Shown: positions 18,369 through 29,111, numbered from the stretch's first letter. The stretch: 64,000 bases of DNA from Bacilli bacterium (GCA_050174575.1 JBFXJT010000003.1:1689-65688); one strand, 5' to 3'. The notes: generated by a model from the letters alone, not told the origin. A program made the numbers and translations.

Positions 18369-20337
18369 AGATAAACTTGCCATTGAAGCATTAAGAATAT
18401 TGTCTGTTGAACAAATAACAAAAGCTAATTCTGGTCATCCTGGAATCGCTTTAGGTGCTGCACCCATTCTTCATACTCTGTATGGCAAGCACTTAAACAT
18501 ATCACCAAAACATCACCAATGGATGAATCGCGATCGCTTTGTGATGGCTGCGGGGCATGGTTCAGCATTGCTTTATGCTTTATTATATTTAGCTGATTTT
18601 GGTTTAGATGTTGATGATTTAATGCAATTTCGCCAATTTGGCAGCAAAACCCCCGGACATCCAGAAGTTCATATTACGCCTGGAGTTGATGCTTCAACCG
18701 GACCTTTGGGACAAGGGATTGCGATGGCGGTGGGAATGGCGATTGCAGAAACGTATTTAGGCGCTCGTTTTAATCGTCCCGATTATCCAATTATTGATCA
18801 TTATACTTATGCATTATGTGGTGATGGCGACTTGCAAGAAGGGGTTACCCAAGAAGCAATGAGTTTGGCGGGACATCTCGGACTAAATAAATTAATTGTT
18901 CTGTTTGATTCTAATGACATTCAACTTGATGGAAAAGTCGGTAATGCGAACACAGAAAATGCGAAAGAAAAATATCAAGCAATGGGTTGGGATTATTTGT
19001 TTGTCAATAATGGCGAAGATACGGAAGGTATTTCATTAGCTTTAATCCAAGCAAAATTAAATAAGAAGCCGACAATAATTGAAATCAAAACAATTATTGG
19101 ACATAATTCATCAGTTGCTAATACTTCTAAAGCTCATGGGAGTCCCCTAAACATTATTGAAACACAAAAAATGCGTTCAGAATTTGGCGGAGAACCGTTT
19201 ACTGTTCCGAATGAAGTGTTTGAATATTATCAAAAAATTTTAGTTGATCCAGGAAAAGAAAGATATGATCAGTGGCAAACAATGTATAACCACTATCAAA
19301 AAGCATATGGAAAAGAAGCCGAACAACTAGAATCATTATATGAAAATGACATAAATGATGATTGGGATCGACCGTTTAACTATGATGAAGAATACAATAA
19401 AGCCACAAGAACGACGAGTGGGGAAATTTTGAATTTCTTGCAGTCAATTGACTTAGGTTTAATTGGTGGCTCAGCCGATCTTTCTTCATCTACAAAAGTT
19501 AGGGGTATCGAAGGAGACTTTTCCAAGGTAAACCGTTTAGGACGAAATATCAATTTTGGAGTCCGTGAACATGCTATGGGCGCGATTGCCAATGGCTTAG
19601 CTCTTCATGGTGGTGTTCGTCCGTTTGTCAGTGGCTTTTTTGTTTTTTCTGATTATATGAAGCCAGCTATTCGTCTTTCCGCATTAATGGGATTACCGGT
19701 CATTTATATCTTTACCCATGATTCCATTGCTGTTGGGGAAGATGGACCGACACATCAGCCAATTGAACAATTGACCCAATTACGAAGTACACCGCATATT
19801 AATGTCATTCGTCCAGCAGATGCCAACGAAACATTAGTTGCTTGGGACGTCATCATGAAAACTAAGGATAATCCGGTTGCTTTAATATTAACAAGGCAAG
19901 ATATTCCTAATGTCACAAATAAAAAATTAGCTAGCCATTTAAAACAGGGAGCATACATCATTTCTCCAGAACGCAAAAAAGCTGAAGGTCTTATTCTCGC
20001 AAGTGGTTCAGAAATCAAACTTGCTATTGATGCTCAAGCTAAACTACGAACTGAAGGAATTGATGTGCGTGTTATTAGTATGCCGTCGTTTTATTTGTTT
20101 GAAAAGGAAAGCAAACAATATCAAGAACAAATCATTCCATCATCGTTAAAAGCAAGAGTTGCTCTTGAAATGGGTGATGGCGTTCATTACTATAAATACT
20201 TAGGTAATGACGGAATTTTAATGAACATTAGTGCCTTTGGCCAAAGTGCACCGGCATCTGTTTTGGTTCCAAATTATGGTTTCACGGTTGATGAAGTTGT
20301 CGCTAATTTTAAAAAAAGTTTTCTTAAAAATCAATAA
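18361..20337 (+). CDS. tkt: Transketolase
   Basis: Carries the TPP-binding 'GHPG..LG.APIL', 'GDGDLQEG' and the 'HDSIAVGEDGPTHQPIEQL' motif. Confidence 0.9.
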   Translation: MNKDKLAIEALRILSVEQITKANSGHPGIALGAAPILHTLYGKHLNISPKHHQWMNRDRFVMAAGHGSALLYALLYLADFGLDVDDLMQFRQFGSKTPGHPEVHITPGVDASTGPLGQGIAMAVGMAIAETYLGARFNRPDYPIIDHYTYALCGDGDLQEGVTQEAMSLAGHLGLNKLIVLFDSNDIQLDGKVGNANTENAKEKYQAMGWDYLFVNNGEDTEGISLALIQAKLNKKPTIIEIKTIIGHNSSVANTSKAHGSPLNIIETQKMRSEFGGEPFTVPNEVFEYYQKILVDPGKERYDQWQTMYNHYQKAYGKEAEQLESLYENDINDDWDRPFNYDEEYNKATRTTSGEILNFLQSIDLGLIGGSADLSSSTKVRGIEGDFSKVNRLGRNINFGVREHAMGAIANGLALHGGVRPFVSGFFVFSDYMKPAIRLSALMGLPVIYIFTHDSIAVGEDGPTHQPIEQLTQLRSTPHINVIRPADANETLVAWDVIMKTKDNPVALILTRQDIPNVTNKKLASHLKQGAYIISPERKKAEGLILASGSEIKLAIDAQAKLRTEGIDVRVISMPSFYLFEKESKQYQEQIIPSSLKARVALEMGDGVHYYKYLGNDGILMNISAFGQSAPASVLVPNYGFTVDEVVANFKKSFLKNQ

Positions 20338-20340
20338 ATT

Positions 20341-20378
20341 ATAGCAAGTGTTTTAGCACTTGCTATTTTTTTATAGCG
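20341..20378 (+). terminator. Terminator after tkt
   Basis: ATAGCAAGTG-tttta-GCACTTGCTAT is followed by T8. Confidence 0.55.
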
Positions 20379-20428
20379 AACAAAAGCGAACTTGTGATAT
20401 AATAAAGCATAATGGAAAGGACGAAAAT

Positions 20429-21763
20429 ATGAATTTTGTTGAAATTGCAAAAAAATACGAAAAAGCATTTATTAAAGATGCTCAAGGATTATTACATATT
20501 GACAGCACATTGATTGAAAATCCCGATAATGCAAAAATGCCCTTTGGGGAAGGCATTTATCAAAGTCTAGAATATATGCTTAAACTTGGGGAGTCTTTTG
20601 GCTTTAAAACAAAAAACATTGATAATATTGCCGGCCACATCGAGTTTGGCGAAGGGAAGGACATCATCGGTGTTTTAGTTCATGTAGATGTTGTTCCTGC
20701 AGTTGGAGAGTGGAAGTATCCACCTTTTTCTGGAACTGTAGAAGACGGGAAAATCTATGCAAGAGGTGCTCTTGATGATAAGGGACCAGCAGTATGTGCT
20801 TTATATGCATTTAAGATTCTAAAAGATATGGGATTTAAACCTAATAAACGATTACGCTTAATTGTCGGAACTGATGAAGAAACAGCATGGCGAGGAATAA
20901 AACGTTACTTTGAACAAGAAGAGATGCCAATTTTGGGCTTTTCTCCCGATGCCAACTTTCCTTTAATTTATGGGGAAAAGGGGATTATGTCATTAGACTT
21001 GCTTGGACCTGGTGATAGCGATTTATATTTCAAAGCTGGTGTTCGTTATAATGTTGTTCCCGATTATGCGGAAGCAAGTTTAAGCAAAGATGTGAAAGAA
21101 GCTTTTGCTGCTTTTATTCAAAATAATCATTTGAAAGGTAACGCTGAAGAAAAAATTACTTTAAATGGACGCAGTGCCCATGCCATGGAACCGGATTTAG
21201 GAATCAACGCTGCGATAAAATTGAGTCAATTCCTCCAGATTTTTTCTTCTAGTAAAGTCCTTAGTTTTGTTGCTAATCAGTTAAGTGATTCGCGCTTTAA
21301 AACTTTAGGCTTGGCTTTTAGTGATCCAGAAATGAAAGATTTGACTGTCAATGTGGCAATTGTGGAAATCGATAAAGAAAAATCAAAAATCGGGTTGAAT
21401 TTACGTTATCCGATTCATTGGAACAAAGAAGAATTCCTCACGAAACTTCAACAAAAAGCAACAGCTTTTGGCTTGAAAGTAGATGTGAAACAAGATCAAG
21501 TTCCTCATTATGTTGATAAAAACGATCCATTAATTAAGACATTACATGAAGCATATATTCGAAATACAAACGACCATCAAAACCCAATTATGACAATTGG
21601 CGGAGGAACTTATGCGCGTGCTATGAAAAAAGGTGTAGCATTTGGTCCAGAGTTTCCAAACCGTGAAAATGTTGTGCATCAACCGAATGAATATTTTGTT
21701 ATCGAAGATGCGATAAGAGCCATGGCTATTTATGCTGATTCTTTGATGGAATTAGGAAAATAA
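20429..21763 (+). CDS. pepV: M20-family dipeptidase (PepV/Sapep-like)
   Basis: Metal-binding 'HVDVVP' and 'GALDDKGP', with a PepV-like overall pattern. ATG 20429 follows a GGAAAGGA RBS; the track ORF starts further upstream. Confidence 0.7.
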   Translation: MNFVEIAKKYEKAFIKDAQGLLHIDSTLIENPDNAKMPFGEGIYQSLEYMLKLGESFGFKTKNIDNIAGHIEFGEGKDIIGVLVHVDVVPAVGEWKYPPFSGTVEDGKIYARGALDDKGPAVCALYAFKILKDMGFKPNKRLRLIVGTDEETAWRGIKRYFEQEEMPILGFSPDANFPLIYGEKGIMSLDLLGPGDSDLYFKAGVRYNVVPDYAEASLSKDVKEAFAAFIQNNHLKGNAEEKITLNGRSAHAMEPDLGINAAIKLSQFLQIFSSSKVLSFVANQLSDSRFKTLGLAFSDPEMKDLTVNVAIVEIDKEKSKIGLNLRYPIHWNKEEFLTKLQQKATAFGLKVDVKQDQVPHYVDKNDPLIKTLHEAYIRNTNDHQNPIMTIGGGTYARAMKKGVAFGPEFPNRENVVHQPNEYFVIEDAIRAMAIYADSLMELGK

Positions 21764-21765
21764 CG

Positions 21766-22401
21766 ATGCGCTTGCGAAAAATAAAACAAGCAGCAACGAA
21801 ACTTGAATCATACCCTGATTTAGTTGTCTGTAGTGGCGAACAAAATCAAGGAAAATGGTCAACAATCTTTTCGAACAATCATCCCATTTATCTTGAGATT
21901 GGTATGGGGAAAGGACAATTTATAAGCAAAAATGCCCGCAAAAACCCGCAAATAAACTACCTTGGATTAGAAAAATATGATAGTGTCGTTTTAAAAGCAG
22001 CTCGAAGGTTAGAAGATGAAGCCATTCCTAATTTGCGCTTCATTTGTGCTGATGCCCAAAACTTAGAACAAATTTTCCAAAAAGAGGAAATCACCAAAAT
22101 CTTTCTTAATTTCAGCGACCCTTGGCCCAAAGAACGTCACGCTAAACGACGATTGACTTTTGATCATTTTTTAGAACGTTACGAACACATTTTAAAGCAT
22201 CCTGGCATTATTGAATTAAAAACAGATAACAGACAATTATTTGAATATAGCATCATGAAATTTAATGAACGCCGATACCGTTTTTTAGAAGTCAATTTAC
22301 ATTTGCATGAACAACCAAACGAAGATATTATTACAACAGAATATGAAGATAAATTTATCAGTGAAAATAAAACAATTTATTATTTAAAGGTGGAATTATG
22401 A
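21766..22401 (+). CDS. trmB: tRNA (guanine46-N7)-methyltransferase
   Basis: Matches TrmB in 'YLEIGMGKGQF' and 'FLNFSDPWPKERH'. Confidence 0.85.
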   Translation: MRLRKIKQAATKLESYPDLVVCSGEQNQGKWSTIFSNNHPIYLEIGMGKGQFISKNARKNPQINYLGLEKYDSVVLKAARRLEDEAIPNLRFICADAQNLEQIFQKEEITKIFLNFSDPWPKERHAKRRLTFDHFLERYEHILKHPGIIELKTDNRQLFEYSIMKFNERRYRFLEVNLHLHEQPNEDIITTEYEDKFISENKTIYYLKVEL

Positions 22402-23474
22402 ACAACAACATTAATTTAGATATTTTTTCTCAACTAGTCAATTTACATGGTGTTTCTGGACATGAACGTTCTGTTCGTCAATTTATGAAACAAGAATTAA
22501 GTAAATACAGCGATGAAATCATCCAAGATAAACTAGGTAGTATTTTTGGCATTAAAAAAGGGAAAGACAAACCCGTTATAATGATTGCTGGTCACATGGA
22601 TGAAGTCGGAGCAATGGTTACATCAATTACCGATCAAGGTTTTATAAGAATGATTCCTATTGGTGGAGTCAATCCTGAAGTTATGGTATCGCAAAACGTT
22701 TTAGTAAGCGTATCAAAAGATAAATTTATTCCAGGAATTGTTGGTGCCGTTCCTCCGCATATTACCAAAGTTGAAGAGCATAAACCCATTTCTTTTGATG
22801 ATTTGTTATTAGATGTTGGGGCTGATTCCAAAGAACATGCCGTTGAACTCGGGATTGAAATTGGCCAACAAATTACGTTTGTAAATCATTATTATTTTAC
22901 AGCTGATGGCAAAAAAATCGTCTCTAAAGCATGGGACAATCGCTTTGGGTGCGGTATGGCCATAGAAGTTTTACGTGAACTGCAAAATATTGATCATCCG
23001 AACACGGTCATTGCTGGAGCAACCGTGCAAGAGGAGGTTGGATTAAGAGGAGCAACAACAGCAAGTCAAATGGTTGTTCCTGATTTATTCATTGCGATTG
23101 ATGTTTCACCAGTTGGTGATTTCTTAAGCAAGGATCATCCACGAGCTTACGGAACATTGGGAAAGGGCTTTTTGGTCCGTTTTTATGACCCACGTTGTTT
23201 AATGAACCCAGCGATAAAAGATTATTTTGAAAAAGTTGCGAAAAAGAATAATATACCGTTCCAACAGTTTTTATCACTTGGAGGAACTGATGCTGCGGCA
23301 GCTCAATATGCTGGCCATGGAACACTTTCTACAACCATTGGGCTTCCAGGGCGATATATCCACTCAACAGCAACAATGGTTCATTTAGATGATATGTTAG
23401 CTGTAAAACAGATGGTTCTAGCAATCATTAAGGATTTTGATAAAGATCAATTGGTGGCATTGCAAAATGCTTAA
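22398..23474 (+). CDS. M42 family aminopeptidase (glutamyl aminopeptidase/YsdC-like)
   Basis: Matches the M42/FrvX family in 'MIAGHMDEVG', 'WDNRFGCG' and 'EEVGLRGA'. Confidence 0.8.
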   Translation: MNNNINLDIFSQLVNLHGVSGHERSVRQFMKQELSKYSDEIIQDKLGSIFGIKKGKDKPVIMIAGHMDEVGAMVTSITDQGFIRMIPIGGVNPEVMVSQNVLVSVSKDKFIPGIVGAVPPHITKVEEHKPISFDDLLLDVGADSKEHAVELGIEIGQQITFVNHYYFTADGKKIVSKAWDNRFGCGMAIEVLRELQNIDHPNTVIAGATVQEEVGLRGATTASQMVVPDLFIAIDVSPVGDFLSKDHPRAYGTLGKGFLVRFYDPRCLMNPAIKDYFEKVAKKNNIPFQQFLSLGGTDAAAAQYAGHGTLSTTIGLPGRYIHSTATMVHLDDMLAVKQMVLAIIKDFDKDQLVALQNA

Positions 23475-23970
23475 ATGCTATGTTGGTTCGCAAAACCGTA
23501 TCAAATTATTAGCAACAAAAACTGTATTAAAACATTATGAAGTAATCGGCTTAAATGTTGATAGCCAAGTTTCCAATCAACCAAAAACAGATTTAGAAAC
23601 AATTCATGGAGCATTGAACCGAGCTTTGGCTCTTCCTAAAGATGGGTTAAGAATTGGTTTAGAAGCAGGGCTTCAGTTACATGAAAACCAATTGTTTTTA
23701 GTAAATTGGGGTGTTTTGCTTGATGAACAAGATCACCAGTATTTTGCTGGTGGTACAAGAATTCCTCTGCCGGAATTTATGAAGGAGCCATTATTAGAAA
23801 AAGGTTTAGAACTTGCGGAAGTCATTGACGAATATACTAATTCATTCGATGTTCGGCAAAAGCAAGGAGCAATCGGTGTTTTCACAAGCGGCCTTGTGAA
23901 ACGAAAAGATATTTTTGTTCATATTGTGAAACTACTTTATGGACAGCATTTGCGAGGTAAAAAATCATGA
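23467..23970 (+). CDS. Inosine/xanthosine triphosphatase-like protein (YjjX/DUF84 family)
   Basis: The C-terminal 'KQGAIGVFTSGLVKRKDIFVHIVKLL' matches E. coli YjjX '[27 protein letters not shown]'. Its ATG overlaps the stop of the preceding gene. Confidence 0.6.
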   Translation: MLKCYVGSQNRIKLLATKTVLKHYEVIGLNVDSQVSNQPKTDLETIHGALNRALALPKDGLRIGLEAGLQLHENQLFLVNWGVLLDEQDHQYFAGGTRIPLPEFMKEPLLEKGLELAEVIDEYTNSFDVRQKQGAIGVFTSGLVKRKDIFVHIVKLLYGQHLRGKKS

Positions 23971-24518
23971 AAGGATTAATTGTATTAGCCGACGGCTTCG
24001 AAGATGTTGAAGCTGTTGCGACGATTGATGTTTTGCGACGCAGCAAAATCGAGATTCATATAGCAACAATCAATAAAAATTTGCTTGTGGAATCATCGAA
24101 TCACTTAATGGTAAAAGCAGAAAAGGAATGGGAAAAAGTCATAGAAAAAGATTATGATTTTTTAGTCATTCCCGGAGGAAGAGCGGTTTTTTCAGTATGG
24201 GATCAATTTGCACCTTTATCCAAATTGATTGATCAGTTTGTTTTATCAAAAAAGCTAGTTGCTGCTATATGTGCAGGACCAGCTTTGGTTGGGAAATTAG
24301 GCCACTATCAAAATCATTCTTACACTTGTTTTCCTGGTAGTGAAAAGGTTATTGTCGGGGGTCATTATTTGCCAAAAGAAACGGTTATTCGTGATGGAAA
24401 CTTTATTACTGCCAAGGCTATGGCTTTCACAATTGACTTTAGTTTAGCTATTATCGAATATTTGCAGGGCAAAGAGCAAAGAGAGCGAATGAACCATAGT
24501 GTTCGCGGTGAACTGTGA
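23967..24518 (+). CDS. DJ-1/PfpI (ThiJ) family protein
   Basis: 'IVLADGFEDVEAVATIDVLRR' and 'AICAGPALV' carry the nucleophile-elbow Cys. Confidence 0.7.
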   Translation: MKGLIVLADGFEDVEAVATIDVLRRSKIEIHIATINKNLLVESSNHLMVKAEKEWEKVIEKDYDFLVIPGGRAVFSVWDQFAPLSKLIDQFVLSKKLVAAICAGPALVGKLGHYQNHSYTCFPGSEKVIVGGHYLPKETVIRDGNFITAKAMAFTIDFSLAIIEYLQGKEQRERMNHSVRGEL

Positions 24519-24545
24519 GAAAATATCTCACAGTTTTTCTTTTTA
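24515..24545 (+). terminator. Terminator after the DJ-1 gene
   Basis: CTGTGAGA-aaatat-CTCACAG is followed by TTTTTCTTTTT. Confidence 0.55.
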
Positions 24546-24645
24546 TCATTTTTTATAAAAATAAAATGTTCTTGTTTATTAAGGGCTGTTATGATAAAAT
24601 TAAACTACAATAATTTGTTATGATGAGAGAAAAGTGGTGATAACA

Positions 24646-27600
24646 ATGAACGAAAAACCAACTGAAACAACTAAAACTCCGAAGCCACGTAAGCCAAGAA
24701 CAACAATTGCCAAGGTTGAGCCAGTTGAAACAATCGATGTTCAAAAACTTAATGCTATTCCGGAAAAAAAGCCATCTTTATCACCAATTGAAGAATTAAA
24801 ACAAAAGAAAATTGTTAATCTTCCTGAAGAAGCGCCAAAACCGACCGAAGAAGAGTTGTTTGAAGAACAAGCAAAACCAAAAAAAGGGAAAAAGAGCAAA
24901 AAAATAGAAGAATCACCAATTATTAGATATTTAGATACGCCTATTCTCGAAGGCTTAAGCAATGAAATTGTTGAACAAAGAAAAGCCGACGGACTAATAA
25001 ATGTTGCGAAAAAGGCCCAAGGAAAATCGATTGTCGGAATCATTTTTTCTAATCTTTTTACTTGGTTCAATATTTTGTACATGATTATTACTATTTTATT
25101 CGTCGTATTGCAAAGTACGGATAATTTATTATTCCTTACCACCATTATTCCTAATTTAATTATTGGTATTATTCAAGAAATAAAAGCAAAACTTACGGTT
25201 GATAAATTATCATTATTAACTGCACCAACAACAACAGTTGTCCGAAATAGTGAAAAATTGGAAATTCCTATTTCTGAAGTAGTGCTTGATGATATCGTTT
25301 TTTACACTCCTGGGAAACAAATTAGTGCTGATAGCATTGTTGTTGATGGGACATTGGAAGTAAACGAATCACTATTAACTGGGGAATCAGAATCAGTTAT
25401 TAAAAATGTCGGTGGTTCTCTTTTATCAGGAAGTTTTGTTGTTAGTGGCGTAGCTGTCGCACGCGTTGACAAAGTTGGTAAAGATAATTACATTGAAAAA
25501 TTATCTGCTGATGCAAGATTATATCGCAAACCAAAATCAGAATTATTAAATACGCTTAATTGGATTATTCGCATTATTTCTTTTATCATTTTACCACTAG
25601 CAATTCTTACATATATTACGACATCAAGCGATGCTATCCGCGACTTTTTGTATTTAGGAACATGGGCTGAAAATATCTTTGGCGCAAATGCCGGATATTT
25701 CTTAAACCGTGATGGTGTTATCAAAGCAGGAAGTTCTATTTTAGCGATGATTCCAGCAGGATTGTTCTTATTAACAAGTATGGCCTTAGCTGTAGGTGTT
25801 ATTCGTTTAGGTAAAAGTAAGACTTTAGTACAAGAACTATATTGTATTGAAATGCTTGCACGCATTAATGTCTTATGTTTAGATAAAACTGGGACCATAA
25901 CAGATGGAACGATGCGTGTATGCGATTGCGTGGAAATCAAAAATTATACCGATTATACTATTCGGGAAATTGTTGGTTCAATGATGAATGCTTTCAATGA
26001 TACAAATCCGACTTCAGAAGCTTTAATCCGCTTCTTTGATAAAAACAAAGTATTAGCACCAACCGAAATTATTCCGTTTTCCTCAAAAAGAAAGTTCAGT
26101 GCTGTTACTTTTGGCCGTCAGGGAACATTCCTTTTAGGCGCACCAGAATTTATTTTGTTTGAAAATTACGATAAAGTTCAAAGCAAAGTTGAACGATTTG
26201 CACAACAAGGATGCCGTGTCTTGGCGCTTGGTCATACAACGCTCAAGATCAAAGAAAACGACTTGCCGAAAACAATTAAACCTTTAGCGCTAATTGTAAT
26301 CCAGGATCACATTCGTGATGATGCTGCTGACACCATTGCTTATTTTAAGCACAACGGTGTTGATGTCAAAGTTATTTCCGGAGATAATCCGATGACGGTT
26401 TCCGAAATTGCTCTTCGTGCCGGAGTTGAAAATGCCGAACGATTTATTAGCTTGTTTGGGTTAACAGACGACCAAGTTCGTGAATCTGTCTTTGAATATA
26501 CTGTTTTTGGACGAGTAAGTCCTGTCCAAAAACGTATCATTATTCAAACACTAAAAAAACATAAAAAAGTTGTAGCAATGACTGGTGATGGTGTTAATGA
26601 CATATTAGCATTAAAAGAAGCTGATTGTAGTATTGCTATGGCTTCGGGAAGCGAGGCAACCCGCTATGTTTCCCATTTGGTATTAATGGACTCTAATTTT
26701 TCATCCATGCCAAAAGTTGTTGATGAAGGACGCCGTGTCATTAATAATATTCAAAAAACATCAACGCTCTTCTTAACAAAAACGATTTTCTCTATTTTAT
26801 TAACAATTTTATACATTGTATTCGCAATGCAAAGCGGTTCTTATCGTACAACTTATCCGTTTACTGCTAAAAATCTTTATATGATTGAATGGTTTGCATT
26901 AGGACTTCCCGCCTTTGTTTTAGCTTTACAACCAAATCATGAAATTGTGAGAGGGAAGTTTTTAACGAACGTCTTAAAATCAACCTTACCAGGGGCTTTG
27001 ACGGTTGTCTTTTTCCACTTACTTTTAATCATTTTGCGACCGCAACCTGGCTTTGAAAATTTAATAAACTACCCAGAAGTTTATACAACTATTGCAACAA
27101 TTGTTACAACGTCCGTTGTTATGATTGTTTTATTCCAAATGTCCCGCCCTTTCAATTGGTTTAGAAAAATACTGTATGTATTAATGCTTGCTGGATGTGT
27201 TGTTTTAGGAACAGGGTTAATCAAAGATTGGCCAGTTATTCCAGATTTAGAGTTAACTTTCCTTAAAAACCCACGAGATTACGATGTTGTCTTAACAACA
27301 ATCGAAACCGATAATGGTGAAGAGTGGCTTATAAACAGCACACAAACTGGAGTAAAAGCTTTTGAATATCCTGTCAATAATGTGAATAATGTTGAAGGTG
27401 AAATTACCTATATGGTACCAATAATCACGATCAATCAAGACTTGGATTGGATATTTAATGGTAAAAAAACCAGTGCCAACGCCAATGATGTTCTAAAATT
27501 TGATTTAAGTGTACAAAATGGTTATTGGTTCTTAAATGACATAAAAACAATCAAAGCTATCAAACAACCACTCCTCAATTTTACTGCTTTAAACAATGAA

Positions 27601-28191
27601 TTTGAAGAACCAGATCTTTCTATTGATGATGGATATTGGAGTTTGAATGATATAACAACAGAAATAAAAGCCGGCAACGAAGATGAAATTCTTTTTCAAG
27701 TAAATGAATTTGGGTTCTTTACTATGAACGGAAAAGAAACTAAAGTAATAGCGCAGCCAAAAGTAGAAATCATCAATGCTAATGAATACTTTTTTCCTGA
27801 AATCAATATTGTAACTGTTGATCAAATTCGTGTTTTCAAAATTGAAAATGTCACGACAACCATACCAGCAAACGATGCTAATATGATTACATTAACTGTC
27901 AACGAAGATGGGTATTGGGAAATTAATGGTGTAAACACTAATTACTTGGCAATTAAAATTTCTGATACGGTTATCAATGACACCGTGCATGTAAAACCAG
28001 ATTTAGAAATCAGTTTTGATGGTCATTGGATTCTCAATGATGTTAAAACAGACATTAAAGTTAATAATCATATCTTAATTTTGGAAATTGTGATGACCTT
28101 GCTTTTAGTAGCATTGGCTTATTCCATCATGGGAGGATTTGCTTCCCTATTGAAAAAAGTTAAAATGATTCCCGAATATAAACAAGAGTGA
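24646..28191 (+). CDS. Cation-transporting P-type ATPase (HAD-IC) with a K/E-rich N-terminal tail and a ~280 aa C-terminal repeat domain plus an extra TM
   Basis: Carries 'CLDKTGTITDG' and 'MTGDGVNDILALKEADCSIAM', the Cation_ATPase_N region and 10 TM helices. The C-terminal ~850-1150 aa hold 4 repeats of a 'DGYWxLND(I/V)xT' motif followed by a final hydrophobic helix. Confidence 0.85.
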   Translation: MNEKPTETTKTPKPRKPRTTIAKVEPVETIDVQKLNAIPEKKPSLSPIEELKQKKIVNLPEEAPKPTEEELFEEQAKPKKGKKSKKIEESPIIRYLDTPILEGLSNEIVEQRKADGLINVAKKAQGKSIVGIIFSNLFTWFNILYMIITILFVVLQSTDNLLFLTTIIPNLIIGIIQEIKAKLTVDKLSLLTAPTTTVVRNSEKLEIPISEVVLDDIVFYTPGKQISADSIVVDGTLEVNESLLTGESESVIKNVGGSLLSGSFVVSGVAVARVDKVGKDNYIEKLSADARLYRKPKSELLNTLNWIIRIISFIILPLAILTYITTSSDAIRDFLYLGTWAENIFGANAGYFLNRDGVIKAGSSILAMIPAGLFLLTSMALAVGVIRLGKSKTLVQELYCIEMLARINVLCLDKTGTITDGTMRVCDCVEIKNYTDYTIREIVGSMMNAFNDTNPTSEALIRFFDKNKVLAPTEIIPFSSKRKFSAVTFGRQGTFLLGAPEFILFENYDKVQSKVERFAQQGCRVLALGHTTLKIKENDLPKTIKPLALIVIQDHIRDDAADTIAYFKHNGVDVKVISGDNPMTVSEIALRAGVENAERFISLFGLTDDQVRESVFEYTVFGRVSPVQKRIIIQTLKKHKKVVAMTGDGVNDILALKEADCSIAMASGSEATRYVSHLVLMDSNFSSMPKVVDEGRRVINNIQKTSTLFLTKTIFSILLTILYIVFAMQSGSYRTTYPFTAKNLYMIEWFALGLPAFVLALQPNHEIVRGKFLTNVLKSTLPGALTVVFFHLLLIILRPQPGFENLINYPEVYTTIATIVTTSVVMIVLFQMSRPFNWFRKILYVLMLAGCVVLGTGLIKDWPVIPDLELTFLKNPRDYDVVLTTIETDNGEEWLINSTQTGVKAFEYPVNNVNNVEGEITYMVPIITINQDLDWIFNGKKTSANANDVLKFDLSVQNGYWFLNDIKTIKAIKQPLLNFTALNNEFEEPDLSIDDGYWSLNDITTEIKAGNEDEILFQVNEFGFFTMNGKETKVIAQPKVEIINANEYFFPEINIVTVDQIRVFKIENVTTTIPANDANMITLTVNEDGYWEINGVNTNYLAIKISDTVINDTVHVKPDLEISFDGHWILNDVKTDIKVNNHILILEIVMTLLLVALAYSIMGGFASLLKKVKMIPEYKQE

Positions 28192-28210
28192 TGAACCCAT
28201 CACTCTTTTT
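28183..28210 (+). terminator. Terminator after the P-type ATPase
   Basis: AGAGTGATG-aaccc-ATCACTCT is followed by TTTTTTG. Confidence 0.5.
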
Positions 28211-28281
28211 TGTTTCATTTTTTTATTGAAAAAACGTCCACTTTCAGGTATAATTGTTATTAGATTGAAAGGATAATCGTT

Positions 28282-28638
28282 ATGGCAATCATTGGCAACA
28301 TTTTGTGGTTAGTTTTTGGTGGCTTATTAATGGGATTATTATGTTATTTAATCGGAGCAATTTTATGCTTAACGATTATTGGCATTCCTTTTGGTTTACA
28401 AATATTTAAAATTGGTACCCTTTTTTTATGGCCATTTGGCAGTGACATTGATATTCATTTTGAAGCATTCCCTCTTGCCAATATTTTATGGCTCATTTTT
28501 TTTGGGATTGAACTGAGTGTTAGCTGTTTAATCATGGGTGCATTATTTTGTATAACGATTATTGGGATTCCCTTTGGACTGCAGTGGTTTAAATTAGCTC
28601 AACTTACACTCCTCCCTTTTGGGGCAATTGTAAAATGA
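28282..28638 (+). CDS. yccF: YccF-like inner membrane protein (DUF307, internal duplication)
   Basis: Two tandem halves each carry an 'IIGIPFGLQ.FK....L.PFG' motif. A TTGAAA-17-TATAAT promoter lies upstream at ~28227-28255. Confidence 0.6.
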   Translation: MAIIGNILWLVFGGLLMGLLCYLIGAILCLTIIGIPFGLQIFKIGTLFLWPFGSDIDIHFEAFPLANILWLIFFGIELSVSCLIMGALFCITIIGIPFGLQWFKLAQLTLLPFGAIVK

Positions 28639-29111
28639 AAATCGAAAAAACAAATGTTATGCGACTTTTGGATACACAAAAAATTACATACAACGTTTAT
28701 ACTTATCCTCATCAAGAACAGGCTGTTGACGGAGAAATGGTTGCCAGCTTAATTGGCAAAAGGCCAACTCAAGTTTTTAAGACACTTGTTGCAAGAGCTA
28801 AGAACCAAATTTATGTTTTCATGATTCCTGTTTGTGATAGTTTGGACTTAAAAAAAGCAGCCATCGCTGCCAATGAAAAAAGTTTGGAAATGGTTGGAGT
28901 AAGTGAACTACTACCATTAACTGGCTATATAAGAGGTGGATGCAGTCCCATAGGAATGCGTTATAAATATTCTACTTTTATAGAACAAAAAGCAGAAGCA
29001 CTGGATACAATTATTTTTAGTGCTGGAAAAATTGGTTATCAAGTTGAATTATCCCTAGAAGATTTAGGAAAAATATTACCGATAAAAATAACAAATTTAA
29101 CGGTAAACTAA
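28635..29111 (+). CDS. ybaK: Cys-tRNA(Pro)/Cys-tRNA(Cys) deacylase YbaK/EbsC family
   Basis: YbaK-like 'KTLV...IPV...LDLKK' and 'GGCSPIG', with ~158 aa length. Confidence 0.7.
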   Translation: MKIEKTNVMRLLDTQKITYNVYTYPHQEQAVDGEMVASLIGKRPTQVFKTLVARAKNQIYVFMIPVCDSLDLKKAAIAANEKSLEMVGVSELLPLTGYIRGGCSPIGMRYKYSTFIEQKAEALDTIIFSAGKIGYQVELSLEDLGKILPIKITNLTVN

